From contig CAXXHB010000003.1 of NCBI GenBank assembly GCA_963664815.2, positions 64,001-128,000 on the forward strand: 64,000 nt of DNA. The letters run 5' to 3'. The notes beneath the pieces were generated by a model. The model ran no database searches and was not told the DNA's origin. It saw only the letters and a list, made by a program, of their open reading frames with translations. Below, piece after piece: positions 10,494 through 22,839 of this stretch (the first letter of the stretch is position 1; each line of letters begins with the position of its first letter). This stretch comes from Spirochaetota bacterium. Its GTDB lineage: Bacteria > Spirochaetota > UBA4802 > UBA5550. Made by a program: the position numbers and the translations under genes.

Positions 10494-12344
10494 TTAAATA
10501 TCCTGATGTTTAAAGTAAATGGAGGTTGTGGTTCCATTTTCACTATTAATTTTTAAATTACCGTCAATCTGCCTTGTGAGTATCGATACAAGCATTAAAC
10601 CCATGCTTGCTGAATCTTCAATATTGAAGTCATCCGGCATGCCTATACCGTCATCTGAAACACTGAGTATTAATAAATCATCTGATTTATGCAGAGACAC
10701 CCTGATCTCCCCATTCATGGTGCCGGGGTATGCATATTTTAATGAGTTTGTAATTAACTCATTAAGGATAAGACCCAATGGTATTAGTCTTTTTAAATCA
10801 AGCTTAACATCATCCAGTGTTGTTATAAGTCTGCCCGTAGTGGAATCAAAGTTATATGTTCTGAATATCGAATCGGTCAGACTTTTTATGTAAACATTCA
10901 GATCAATCCTGTCCAGATTTTTGGAACTATAAAGCTGTTCATATATTGCCGACATGGAATTAATACGCGAAATTGCATCGGCAAATATATTCCGGGCATC
11001 ATCATCCCTGATCTTATCCATGCCGAGGTGCAGCAGGCTGGCTATTATATTCATATTGTTTTTAACCCGGTGCTGAAGCTCCTTCAGCAGGATTTCCTTT
11101 TCACTGATCAGTCTTCGCAGGCTCTCTTCGGCATGTTTCTGGTCAGTTATATCCTGGTTGGCGCCATACCATTTAATAATTTCTCCCATGGAATTTCTGA
11201 TTACCCGCGCAAGAACGGCAATAATGCGTATTTCGCCGTCTCTGCAGATAATGCGGTGTTCAAGGCGTGTAGTATATTCCGGATTCTTATTTTCCAGAGC
11301 TTTGTCTATTTCCTGTTTAACTATAAATGCATCATCAGGGTGAACAAATTCCTTCGCATATTTTTCCATAGGCATTATTAAGCCCTCTATTGCTGCGCTT
11401 GTCCGGTAAATTTTATAGAATTCATCATTAAAAGTAAAACTACCTGTTTTAAAGTCATAGTCCCATGGGCCAAGTTGCGACAGTTCCGCGGCAAGAGAAA
11501 GAATGACCTGGCCTGATTTAATTAACTCCTCGTCAGCCTTTCTTTCTGTGATATCCTGGTTGATCCCGTGAATTTTCTTAAACAGATTATCATGTTCTTT
11601 TTCAACAAACAGCCATACGTTTACCCAGAATTTTTCATGATTTTCACGTAACATCTGTATTTCTATTTGCTCATGAAAATCGGGATCTTCTGACACAATA
11701 GCCTTGGTGATAAAATGCTTGAACTCTGCAGAAGATTCCGGAGCAATATATTTATCCATGAATACTTTCATTGACATTTTATAATCACCGGCATTGCTCA
11801 ACTGTATACCATGCATGTTATAAAACCGTTGATTAAAATAAAAAACACCTGTTGTTATATCCAGTTCCCAGTATGCCATATTTGCTGCCTGCATTGCATC
11901 TTCGTATTTATGATTTAACTGCAGTATTAATTTTTCTGCCTGTTTATTTTCCGTGATATCAGTAACAAAATTGAGAGTTGCGGGTTTCCCGTTCCAGTAG
12001 AAGAGAATAGCGTTAAGCTCAATCCATCGGATTGTTCCGTCTTTATTAATTATTCTGAACTGATAAATGTGGGGAACATAGTCACCTCTGATCCGGCTCA
12101 GATGATTTTCCATAACTATGTTACGATCTTCAGTATAAATAAAGTCGATAAACTGGCGTGAATACATCTCCTCTTTTGTATAACCTGTTAATTTTGTTGT
12201 GGCAGGATTAACATATTTCAGAGTATTATCCTGTGCAATAAATATGGCCTCTTTCGCATTTTCAATCAGCTGCTCATATAACCTGCCGGCTTCAGAGAAA
12301 ATATTTACAGTTGAATTATTTCCGTTTTTTTCTGATTTATCCAT
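10494..12344 (-). CDS. PAS-domain sensor histidine kinase, HisKA_2 (PdtaS-like) family
   Basis: Three PAS domains; H-box LLKELQHRVKNNM, NELITNSLKYAY, VSDDGIGM, SMGLML. Confidence 0.93.
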   Translation of the reverse strand: MDKSEKNGNNSTVNIFSEAGRLYEQLIENAKEAIFIAQDNTLKYVNPATTKLTGYTKEEMYSRQFIDFIYTEDRNIVMENHLSRIRGDYVPHIYQFRIINKDGTIRWIELNAILFYWNGKPATLNFVTDITENKQAEKLILQLNHKYEDAMQAANMAYWELDITTGVFYFNQRFYNMHGIQLSNAGDYKMSMKVFMDKYIAPESSAEFKHFITKAIVSEDPDFHEQIEIQMLRENHEKFWVNVWLFVEKEHDNLFKKIHGINQDITERKADEELIKSGQVILSLAAELSQLGPWDYDFKTGSFTFNDEFYKIYRTSAAIEGLIMPMEKYAKEFVHPDDAFIVKQEIDKALENKNPEYTTRLEHRIICRDGEIRIIAVLARVIRNSMGEIIKWYGANQDITDQKHAEESLRRLISEKEILLKELQHRVKNNMNIIASLLHLGMDKIRDDDARNIFADAISRINSMSAIYEQLYSSKNLDRIDLNVYIKSLTDSIFRTYNFDSTTGRLITTLDDVKLDLKRLIPLGLILNELITNSLKYAYPGTMNGEIRVSLHKSDDLLILSVSDDGIGMPDDFNIEDSASMGLMLVSILTRQIDGNLKINSENGTTTSIYFKHQDI

Positions 12345-12618
12345 TTAATTATTCCGGTTTTATAAAAGTGTTTTACACTCTTATAAATATATAATAAGGA
12401 ATATAACCGGAAAAACAAATTATTTGAAAGTAACGGCTGCGAAATTGAAACTAATATAACTGTTTATTTTATGTTAAAATATATGTTAAGGTATTAAGAA
12501 TGAAATTTTGTAAATTTCATTACGTCTGAAAATAACTCTACAGCGCTTTATCATTACATGTTAAATAAATTTAATTGACAGATGTTTTTCTGTAAATATA
12601 GGCTTATGGTATTTTTAA

Positions 12619-14280
12619 ATGGAATTCAAACGCTTGTCCACTCGAATACAGCTATTATTACTTGCTGCACTACTTGCATCTGCTCTCTGCTCAGGCTGCG
12701 GCAAGAAGGAAAAGGATGTCCCGTACGCCTCTGAAGGTGTAATAGATCTGCGCGGCCATGATTTCGGCAGCCGGGGGAGTGCAAGTCTCAGCGGAGACTG
12801 GGAATACTATCCTATGAAACTCCTGTCTCCGGATGATCTGGAAAAACAGGAGAATACCGGCAGCAGGAGATTTGCCCGTATACCCGGCAGATGGAACTCC
12901 GGATGGAGAGTATACTTCCCGTCTTACGCCAGGGGGTTCGCGACATATCGTATCAGGGTCATCACCGGGAAAGTCCATGACGACTATCTCTCTCTGAGAA
13001 TACCAGTAATACAGTCAGCATACAGACTTTATATCAATGGTAAATTAATTCACAGGGAGGGGAATCCCGGAACATCAGCCGGATCTGCTGTTTCGGCTTA
13101 CTCAGACAAGGTTGTGCTGCTTCCCCCTGCAGATGGAGTATATGATATAGTTATTCAGGTTTCAAATTATATTTCCCCCAGCGGAGGGATCACGAGAAGG
13201 CTCAGTATCGGAGAAATGTCATATCTTGCCGATTCACGTCAGATGGAGAATCTCCTCTCTGCATTTCTTGTAAGCGCACTGCTGCTTCTAGGATTGTACC
13301 AGCTGTTAATGTTTTCTTTGCAGCGCGCGGAATTGCGCTACCTCCATTTCGGGATCTTCTGCTGGTGCACTATGATATATTCAATTGGTCTTAATAATTC
13401 CTACTGGTATACTGTTTTCTCTTTTCTGAGCTGGCCGCGCACCTACAGCTGCATGGCGATCGCCATATATATGGGCGGCGCATTTATACTGGCCTACATC
13501 CGGCAGATTTTTTCACCGGATATCCCGCGCAGGATTTTATATGTGACTTTCACTGTTAATACCGCCCTTTCAGCAGTTATGGCGGTTATTCCGGCTGAGT
13601 ATTACGCCTATCTGCTTCCTGTATTACATGCCGACATTGTAATTATAATCATGATGTCTGCATTCTTCATTATGCGCTCATCCTCAAAGTACCGTGAGGA
13701 TGCTGTTTATGTATATCTCGGGCTTGCTATTTATGCGCTGACAACTGTGTTTGACATATTATCTGCGGCAGGAATTGCACCTGGCTTTCCTAAGACGGCC
13801 CAATGGGGAATTCTTGTTATATGCATTATCCAGGTTGTCGGCATGTCCCGGTATTTTATAAAGGCCCGTCACAGGTCTCTTCATCTTGCCGTAGATAACG
13901 AAAAACTCAGGTCTCTGCTCGCCGGGAGGATGAACGAGGGACAGTATTCAATCACTGAGAGTATAGAAGGTAAAATAAATACTGCCATAGCATACCTGCA
14001 TGAGAACTTTAAAGATGATATTTCAAGGGAAAACCTTGCAGCTGCGCTTGAACTTCACCCGGACAGCTTCAGCCGCTACTTCAGGCTTCATACCGGCAGG
14101 AAATACAGTGAATACATAAATGAACTGCGAATTAAAGAGGCAATCCGTCTCATCAGTGAAACTGATGACTCAATAATATCTATTGCGATGAATGTCGGTT
14201 ACAACAGTCTTCGCACATTCAACCACTCTTTTCTTTCCATTACCGGGCGTACACCTGGTGATTTCCGCAAGGCTCAGTAG
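12619..14280 (+). CDS. AraC-family regulator with extracytoplasmic galactose-binding-like domain and 7TM (7TMR-DISM-type) sensor
   Basis: Lipoprotein-like N-terminus; LSGDWEYY...GFATYRI...AYRLYING (DISM extracellular domain); about 7 TM helices; C-terminal AraC HTH (YINELRIKEA...IAMNVGYNSLRTFNHSF...GRTPGDFRK). Confidence 0.9.
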   Translation: MEFKRLSTRIQLLLLAALLASALCSGCGKKEKDVPYASEGVIDLRGHDFGSRGSASLSGDWEYYPMKLLSPDDLEKQENTGSRRFARIPGRWNSGWRVYFPSYARGFATYRIRVITGKVHDDYLSLRIPVIQSAYRLYINGKLIHREGNPGTSAGSAVSAYSDKVVLLPPADGVYDIVIQVSNYISPSGGITRRLSIGEMSYLADSRQMENLLSAFLVSALLLLGLYQLLMFSLQRAELRYLHFGIFCWCTMIYSIGLNNSYWYTVFSFLSWPRTYSCMAIAIYMGGAFILAYIRQIFSPDIPRRILYVTFTVNTALSAVMAVIPAEYYAYLLPVLHADIVIIIMMSAFFIMRSSSKYREDAVYVYLGLAIYALTTVFDILSAAGIAPGFPKTAQWGILVICIIQVVGMSRYFIKARHRSLHLAVDNEKLRSLLAGRMNEGQYSITESIEGKINTAIAYLHENFKDDISRENLAAALELHPDSFSRYFRLHTGRKYSEYINELRIKEAIRLISETDDSIISIAMNVGYNSLRTFNHSFLSITGRTPGDFRKAQ

Positions 14281-14805
14281 CATTTAAAATTCTTTTTTCC
14301 CCATTTCCTTTATGTAGAGTCTGAATTTTTCTACAGGGTTGTAAGTCGGGAACCATTTAAATCCGATGCTGTCACTGTCCGGTTCTCCCTTCAGCCCTGA
14401 GTGGTTACCCCGTGCCATAAAAAAACTTCGCTTCTGCTGATTTTAAAGATAAACTGTCATCAGCGTGAAATATTGCAGGAAAGGCCTGAAATTCAAATGG
14501 ATTTTTTTTAGAGTAAAAAATATTATAAGTAGACTGAAAAACCGTGTTTAACTGTTCAGTTGTTTATTATTAAACAGTTTTTTTTCAGATATTTTATTCT
14601 GTTACAGGCTGGAATATCAACATAAAGTAAACATTTATTCTTATCAGGTGAAATGGATCAAAAATATCTGATGTGTAAAAAGCGGTAATATATACACATA
14701 TTTCATGAAATTAACCCCGAAAGTTTATGTATTTTAGTAATGAATTAAAAAAATTCCTCTTGCAAATATTATTATATTATATAAAAATATTCAAATATCT
14801 TATAT

Positions 14806-15005
14806 TATAGCAGTTAACGGTTGAATCAGTATACTCATTGTCATTTTTGCGAAGGCGGGAATCCCATAGAACAAGTATTATGAGATTCCGACAGTACAGC
14901 CACGATGGTTGTCTGTAAGCACAAAACAGAATGTTTTATAATTCTTGCCTTAGTTATAACTACGGCCGGAATGGTATGGTGCTAATTTTTTCGTGAAATG
15001 CTATA
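14806..15005. mobile_element. Candidate MITE (TA-terminated imperfect inverted repeats, internal REP-like arm)
   Basis: Left end TATAGCAGTTAACG versus reverse complement of right end TATAGCATTTCACG. Internal GTCATTTTTGCGAAGGCGGGAATCC (14840-14864) resembles the GTCATTCCCGCGAAGGCGGGAATC palindrome family. No ORF. Confidence 0.5.
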
Positions 15006-15062
15006 GTTTTACTGGTCGTCAGAGCATTAATAGAAAAATACAATACGGGATGGAGAATTGAA

Positions 15063-15992
15063 ATGCGGAGAACTATTTTATTTTTTATTTCTTTAGCAGT
15101 ACTTTTTGCAGGATGTGGCGGTCTTGAAATGCAGATCAAAGATGCTTATGTTTATAGCCCTGTATCTCATTTAAAGGCAAAGTATCCGATTAAAGTTGTG
15201 ATATCAGGAAAATATGTTTCAAAAGAAGTTATATTGAAAGATGATATTTCCCAGATATGTAAAACAGAACTGGAATCTCTTAAATTGTTTACCGAAGTGG
15301 GCAATAAAGCCTCCGGAGGATATGATGTTGGAATTGATATGGATTTCTCCGAGGCAAAGGTTAACGGCAAACCCGGCCTGGTTCTGAATATAAGTATGAA
15401 ACAGTTTCCGGACAAAAAGCTTATTTATAAAACAAAGTACTCGGGAGCAGGGGAGGATGACAGTTATAAAAACTCCGAACAGTTTGCGGCCCTTTTGAAA
15501 AATGTTATCACTCAGTTTACCACTGATATTGATGCGAAATTTGCATTGTATGCCAAAGAAGGAAACCTTCCGGTAAACCGTTCAGGTAAAGAGGTAATCT
15601 GCGCAGTATTTAAATTTAAAGATACTGTGGAGAATGAACAATATGGTGATGCCGTATCAGGGATAATGATGGCAAACCTGACAAAAACAGAGAATGTTAA
15701 AATTGTTGAGCGGGACAGGATCCAGCAGGCAGTAAATGAGCTGCAGCTTCAGAGTTCCGGTATTTCAGATCCGGATAATGCCAAGAAAGTAGGGCAGTTT
15801 CTTAATGCTGATTTTTTAATATATGGCGATGTTTCAAAAATTAAAAACACCTACCACATAGTAATGCATGTTGTGGATGTTAAACTCGGGCAGATTGTTA
15901 TATCAAAGGATATCTCTGCGGACGATCCCGACAAGTTTGATCAGATTATTCAGCAGCAGGCAAATTATGTTTCACAGTTTGTATCCAGATAA
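15063..15992 (+). CDS. Lipoprotein with C-terminal CsgG/HfaB/FlgO-like domain
   Basis: Lipobox LFAG-C; C-terminal AVFKF...KIVERDRIQQAVNELQLQSSG...AKKVGQFLNADFLIYGDV. Confidence 0.82.
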   Translation: MRRTILFFISLAVLFAGCGGLEMQIKDAYVYSPVSHLKAKYPIKVVISGKYVSKEVILKDDISQICKTELESLKLFTEVGNKASGGYDVGIDMDFSEAKVNGKPGLVLNISMKQFPDKKLIYKTKYSGAGEDDSYKNSEQFAALLKNVITQFTTDIDAKFALYAKEGNLPVNRSGKEVICAVFKFKDTVENEQYGDAVSGIMMANLTKTENVKIVERDRIQQAVNELQLQSSGISDPDNAKKVGQFLNADFLIYGDVSKIKNTYHIVMHVVDVKLGQIVISKDISADDPDKFDQIIQQQANYVSQFVSR

Positions 15993-16010
15993 TTTAAAAT
16001 TATAACTGAT

Positions 16011-16044
16011 AATAAAAAACCCCGGAATTGCGGGGTTTTTTATT
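16011..16044. terminator. Bidirectional intrinsic terminator
   Basis: AATAAAAAACCCCG-gaattg-CGGGGTTTTTTATT just after the CsgG-like gene. Confidence 0.85.
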
Positions 16045-16091
16045 ATTCAGATACTGACTCTAAAAGTCAAAATTTCATCTCTTTGAATTTT

Positions 16092-16130
16092 AATCCCGGT
16101 AATCCCTTAATCCTGTAATCTTGTTCAGAC
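16092..16130 (+). repeat. AATCC-rich direct repeat, copy 1
   Basis: AATCCCGGTAATCCCTTAATCCTGTAATCTTGTTCAGA, nearly identical to the copy at 17003-17040. Confidence 0.8.
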
Positions 16131-16321
16131 TTTTATCCGCAAAATCGTACAGGTTCACCTGCGTCGGGATATTGTTACACTGTTTTTCTGAAAAAATATT
16201 ATTCCTGAAATTTTTAAAAAATCTGCTTGCCCCATGTCATTTGCTTTTCCGGACTGGTTATATAGAGACATAAGTCTCAATATAACGACAAAAAATAATA
16301 ATAAATAAGGAGAGTAAATGA

Positions 16322-16861
16322 ATGGCACAAGTAAAGCTTCACCCCTACTTAAGAACTGCGCATGGAGGTCTGGATGGTCTTGTGCTTTACAGGCGCTATG
16401 GAAAGATCTACATTAAAAGACGCACAATTCCCAATAATCCCCGCACAGAACCGCAGGTGAAATGCAGGGGTAATTTCAGCGTCAGTGTAAAGGCATGGCA
16501 GGTACTTCCGGAAGAGGAGAAGAACATTTACAGAATAAGGGCAAAGAGGAAAAAGAAGTCAGGTTACAGTCTCTTTATGTCGGAATATCTCCGTGGCATT
16601 GCACCCGGTTCCCCTGTAACTCCATCGGGAAGCATCGGAACGGGGGATGCAGCGATTGTATCCGCTTCAGGTGAAGTTACAGAAAATACATGTTACTATT
16701 CAGAAAACAGCAAATCAGCAGATGGGCAGAATAATTTTTATATGGTAAAAGATAAAAGTACATCTGTTAAAACGGGACTTAAACAGTATGAAGATCCTGT
16801 TAAAAACCGTTTCAATACCGTTTCAACACCGTTACCGACAGAGAAAAAAACACGTTTTTAA
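16322..16861 (+). CDS. Hypothetical basic protein (NPRTxxQ-type N-terminal domain, low-complexity tail)
   Basis: Strong RBS AAGGAG; Arg/Lys-rich first ~90 aa. Confidence 0.75.
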   Translation: MAQVKLHPYLRTAHGGLDGLVLYRRYGKIYIKRRTIPNNPRTEPQVKCRGNFSVSVKAWQVLPEEEKNIYRIRAKRKKKSGYSLFMSEYLRGIAPGSPVTPSGSIGTGDAAIVSASGEVTENTCYYSENSKSADGQNNFYMVKDKSTSVKTGLKQYEDPVKNRFNTVSTPLPTEKKTRF

Positions 16862-16876
16862 CTGTCAGCAGCGTGT

Positions 16877-16902
16877 TTGAGGCGAAATTGAGGCGAAATT
16901 GA
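16877..16902. repeat. 11-bp tandem repeat (TTGAGGCGAAA x2 plus partial)
   Basis: Read directly from the sequence. Confidence 0.7.
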
Positions 16903-17002
16903 CTTCTTGGTAAAGAGAGTCAGGAATTTGTCATAAATATGCCATGGAATTGCATGTACACGATGTAGAGGAAGCTCGTACACGGTCAGTGTATTCGCAG
17001 TA

Positions 17003-17040
17003 AATCCCGCTAATCCCTTAATCCTGAAATCGTGTTCAGA
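17003..17040 (+). repeat. AATCC-rich direct repeat, copy 2
   Basis: AATCCCGCTAATCCCTTAATCCTGAAATCGTGTTCAGA; 3 mismatches over 38 nt relative to copy 1. Confidence 0.8.
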
Positions 17041-17160
17041 ATTATATATATAACAGGTTTAAGTTCGGGACTGGCTTCTTCGCAGCGATCCACCCGGATT
17101 ATCTGATAATTTCTTGACGACTCAGGTTATGATTGATTTAACTACTGTTATGGAGACTCT

Positions 17161-18156
17161 ATGAAAAAGGCACGTTATATATTTCTTGCTGTGGGAATAA
17201 TTCTTCTTGTTTTACTATTTGCAGTTTTCGGAATTAAAAAACCGGTTATGCAGATTATTGATTTCGGCTGGAGATTCTGGATATGCGTGCTGATATACAT
17301 GTTCAATCAGCTTCTGCTCACCTATGGCTGGATGGTTCTTATTACTTATCCATTGAAGGCCCGTCAATATTTTGATGTTCTTCTGGCAAGAATTGCGGGA
17401 GATTCAACTACAACTATAAACACAGCAGCCGGAATAGCCGGCGATGCGTTAAAGGCAATGTATTTAAAGGACGTTGTTCCCTTTAAAATAGGGTTCGCAT
17501 CTGTTGTAATGGACAGAACAATCCACATGGCGGGAAACACGTTGCTGATTCTCACGGGATTGTTTGTAGGTTTTTTTAAACTCAATATGCCCTTCTATGT
17601 CCTTGCGGGAATTTTTTTATTTTTCTCGGTTTTTATGGGGCTTTTGATATATATAATGAAGAAACAGAAGGATGGATTTATAAAATACGGTATATCAATG
17701 CTTCCGGTAAAATTCAGAGAAAAGATTTATGCATCTGAAAGCAGAAAAGAGAAGATAAATAATATTGATCAGGAGATCAGCTTTATTTTCAACAGCAGGG
17801 AAAATCTCAATCATTTCTGGATATCTCTCTGTATGCATACACTCCCTGTTATGGCGGCCGGCACGTTTGAGATTTTCATTATAATGTATTATGCGGGGGG
17901 GAGCGCAACAATACTCGATGCAATGTTCGTTTACCTGTTTGGACTTTTTATTGCGGCTGCGGCATTCTTTGTGCCGCTTAATATAGGTACAAGCGAGGGT
18001 TCTTACTCAATGGTACTGGCGTTTCTGGGTTATGATCCGGTTCTCGGATTAACTGTAGGTATTATCCGCCGCCTGAGAGCGCTGGTGTGGTCTGGTATCG
18101 GGTTGTTGCTTCTTTTCCATAAAGGACTTACGGGGAAGGACGCGGGAATTGAATAG
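17161..18156 (+). CDS. Lysylphosphatidylglycerol-synthase TM domain / flippase-like membrane protein (UPF0104/AglD2-like)
   Basis: Multi-TM; GIAGDALKAMYL, ASVVMDR, FFVPLNIGTSEG...IIRRLR motifs typical of the LPG_synthase_TM family. Confidence 0.82.
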   Translation: MKKARYIFLAVGIILLVLLFAVFGIKKPVMQIIDFGWRFWICVLIYMFNQLLLTYGWMVLITYPLKARQYFDVLLARIAGDSTTTINTAAGIAGDALKAMYLKDVVPFKIGFASVVMDRTIHMAGNTLLILTGLFVGFFKLNMPFYVLAGIFLFFSVFMGLLIYIMKKQKDGFIKYGISMLPVKFREKIYASESRKEKINNIDQEISFIFNSRENLNHFWISLCMHTLPVMAAGTFEIFIIMYYAGGSATILDAMFVYLFGLFIAAAAFFVPLNIGTSEGSYSMVLAFLGYDPVLGLTVGIIRRLRALVWSGIGLLLLFHKGLTGKDAGIE

Positions 18157-18180
18157 AATAATAAAAAACGGATGGAATAA

Positions 18181-19848
18181 ATGAAGAGAGTACAACCGCT
18201 ATCTGACAGAATTGAACAGATGAAAGAGCCGCTGTTTTTGTTTTTTCTTTTTATAACAACACTGATATTCAGACTGCCGACTTTATTTAATGATTTCTAT
18301 GATGTGGACGAACTTGCTGCGATTGTCCAGACAAAAGAATTCCTCGCGGGATTCAAACCTGGAATTGATTTTTCAGAAAGCAAACTTCCCCTTTTTCATA
18401 CAATATATAAATTCTCCTATGGCATCAATGCTGCGTATGGATGGGTAATAGTTCATGCTGTAACAATTATTATTGTTTTCCTTACGGCACTTTCAGTCTA
18501 TTATATCGGCAGAGTGGTACGTGACCGGAGGACCGGTATTATAGCATCAATAATGTATGCTGTTCTTATCTCCTCTTTCAACAGGCATTTTATGGCGACA
18601 AACGGGGAGGTGATATATAATCTCCCGATCACGGCCGGGTTGCTCTTTTTTATTTTAATGATTAAAAACCGGTCCTGGTATTTAAGAATGCTTTATTCTG
18701 CTTTTATATTCATTGCTGTATACGCAGCAATGAATATTAAGGTTCATGGGGTAATACTGCTTTTATTTATTGCTTTCTTCATTATTCTGTATATCCCATA
18801 TTACCGTAATATTTTATCGCGAAGGATTTTACCATACATGGTAACAGCGGCGGTTGTTTTACTTGTTTTTACCATTGATTATTTTATAACAAAGAAATTT
18901 GCCTCCGGGATGATAAGCAGACTGCTGAATCTTTTGTTTTATGCCACATCAGATCGCAGCAGTAATCCACTTTTCCTGATCGGAGTATACACATACAGGC
19001 AGTTGACGCTTGGATTATGGCATATGGTTCTATGGGTACCGGCAGCGGTGTACATGTACAGGTTTGTCCGCAGCAGATTCAGGAGAGATACAATAGAGGA
19101 ATCGGCTGTGGCTATTTTTGCGCTGATTACCTTTCTTATGGTTTTCGCCGGGGGCGCCCGGCTTTATTACCACTATTTTATGACGACGTATCCTTCACTA
19201 TGTGTTATCGCTGCCATTGCGCTGGTTGCTGCTGATTCTTCTGCGGTTAAGAAAATCTATTCAAACATTACAATCGCTTTTTTAATTCCGGGATTGTTTT
19301 TTCTTTCATGGAATATTAAGGATATATATATTAAGTATTATAACCGGGAACTTTTTTATAATGAACCAGCGCCGCTTTTCTGGTTTCGTGCTGTTGTTGT
19401 AAGCTCGATGGATGACTATTTGCTGCCGAACGGCATTTATGTAAATACCGTTGAGTATATAAAAAACAGCACAAAACCTGATGAAACAATATTTGTCTGG
19501 GGTGATGGTCCGCATCTTTATTATTTCTCAGACCGGAGAATAGCAATACATCATGTATGGCCGAAAGGTATAGCATTAAGGATAGAACGGCTTTACAGGG
19601 AAAACAGTACCGGATCTTTATCTGAAGCTGAGATACTGGAGAATGGGTTTATCGTAAATATGGAAAGTAAAAAGCCGGCTCTGTTTATTGATACCTCGCC
19701 TAAAGGGCTTCACCGTGGCATAACAAGGTTCGGCAGTTTCGCCATGTATCCCTGCAAAGTTCCACCTCTTATGAAAAAGTATCTTGATGATCATTACCGG
19801 CTTGAAAAGGTAGTTGATGATTACAGAATATACCGGCGCGTCAGATAA
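18181..19848 (+). CDS. GT-C fold glycosyltransferase family 39 (ArnT/PMT_2-like)
   Basis: DVDE first-loop acidic motif, ESKLPL, NGE, KVHG, YYHYF; about 11 TM helices; C-terminal TKPDETIFVWG periplasmic domain. Confidence 0.82.
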   Translation: MKRVQPLSDRIEQMKEPLFLFFLFITTLIFRLPTLFNDFYDVDELAAIVQTKEFLAGFKPGIDFSESKLPLFHTIYKFSYGINAAYGWVIVHAVTIIIVFLTALSVYYIGRVVRDRRTGIIASIMYAVLISSFNRHFMATNGEVIYNLPITAGLLFFILMIKNRSWYLRMLYSAFIFIAVYAAMNIKVHGVILLLFIAFFIILYIPYYRNILSRRILPYMVTAAVVLLVFTIDYFITKKFASGMISRLLNLLFYATSDRSSNPLFLIGVYTYRQLTLGLWHMVLWVPAAVYMYRFVRSRFRRDTIEESAVAIFALITFLMVFAGGARLYYHYFMTTYPSLCVIAAIALVAADSSAVKKIYSNITIAFLIPGLFFLSWNIKDIYIKYYNRELFYNEPAPLFWFRAVVVSSMDDYLLPNGIYVNTVEYIKNSTKPDETIFVWGDGPHLYYFSDRRIAIHHVWPKGIALRIERLYRENSTGSLSEAEILENGFIVNMESKKPALFIDTSPKGLHRGITRFGSFAMYPCKVPPLMKKYLDDHYRLEKVVDDYRIYRRVR

Positions 19849-19874
19849 TAAGGAGAACCCGGTTTTTTGTTACA

Positions 19875-22825
<2,951 letters not shown>

Positions 22826-22839
22826 TTTATTCTCCTCTG

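Noticed and set aside
16092-17040. Possible CRISPR array from the 38-bp repeats
   Set aside because: Only two copies, about 0.9 kb apart, with no spacer periodicity and no cas genes.
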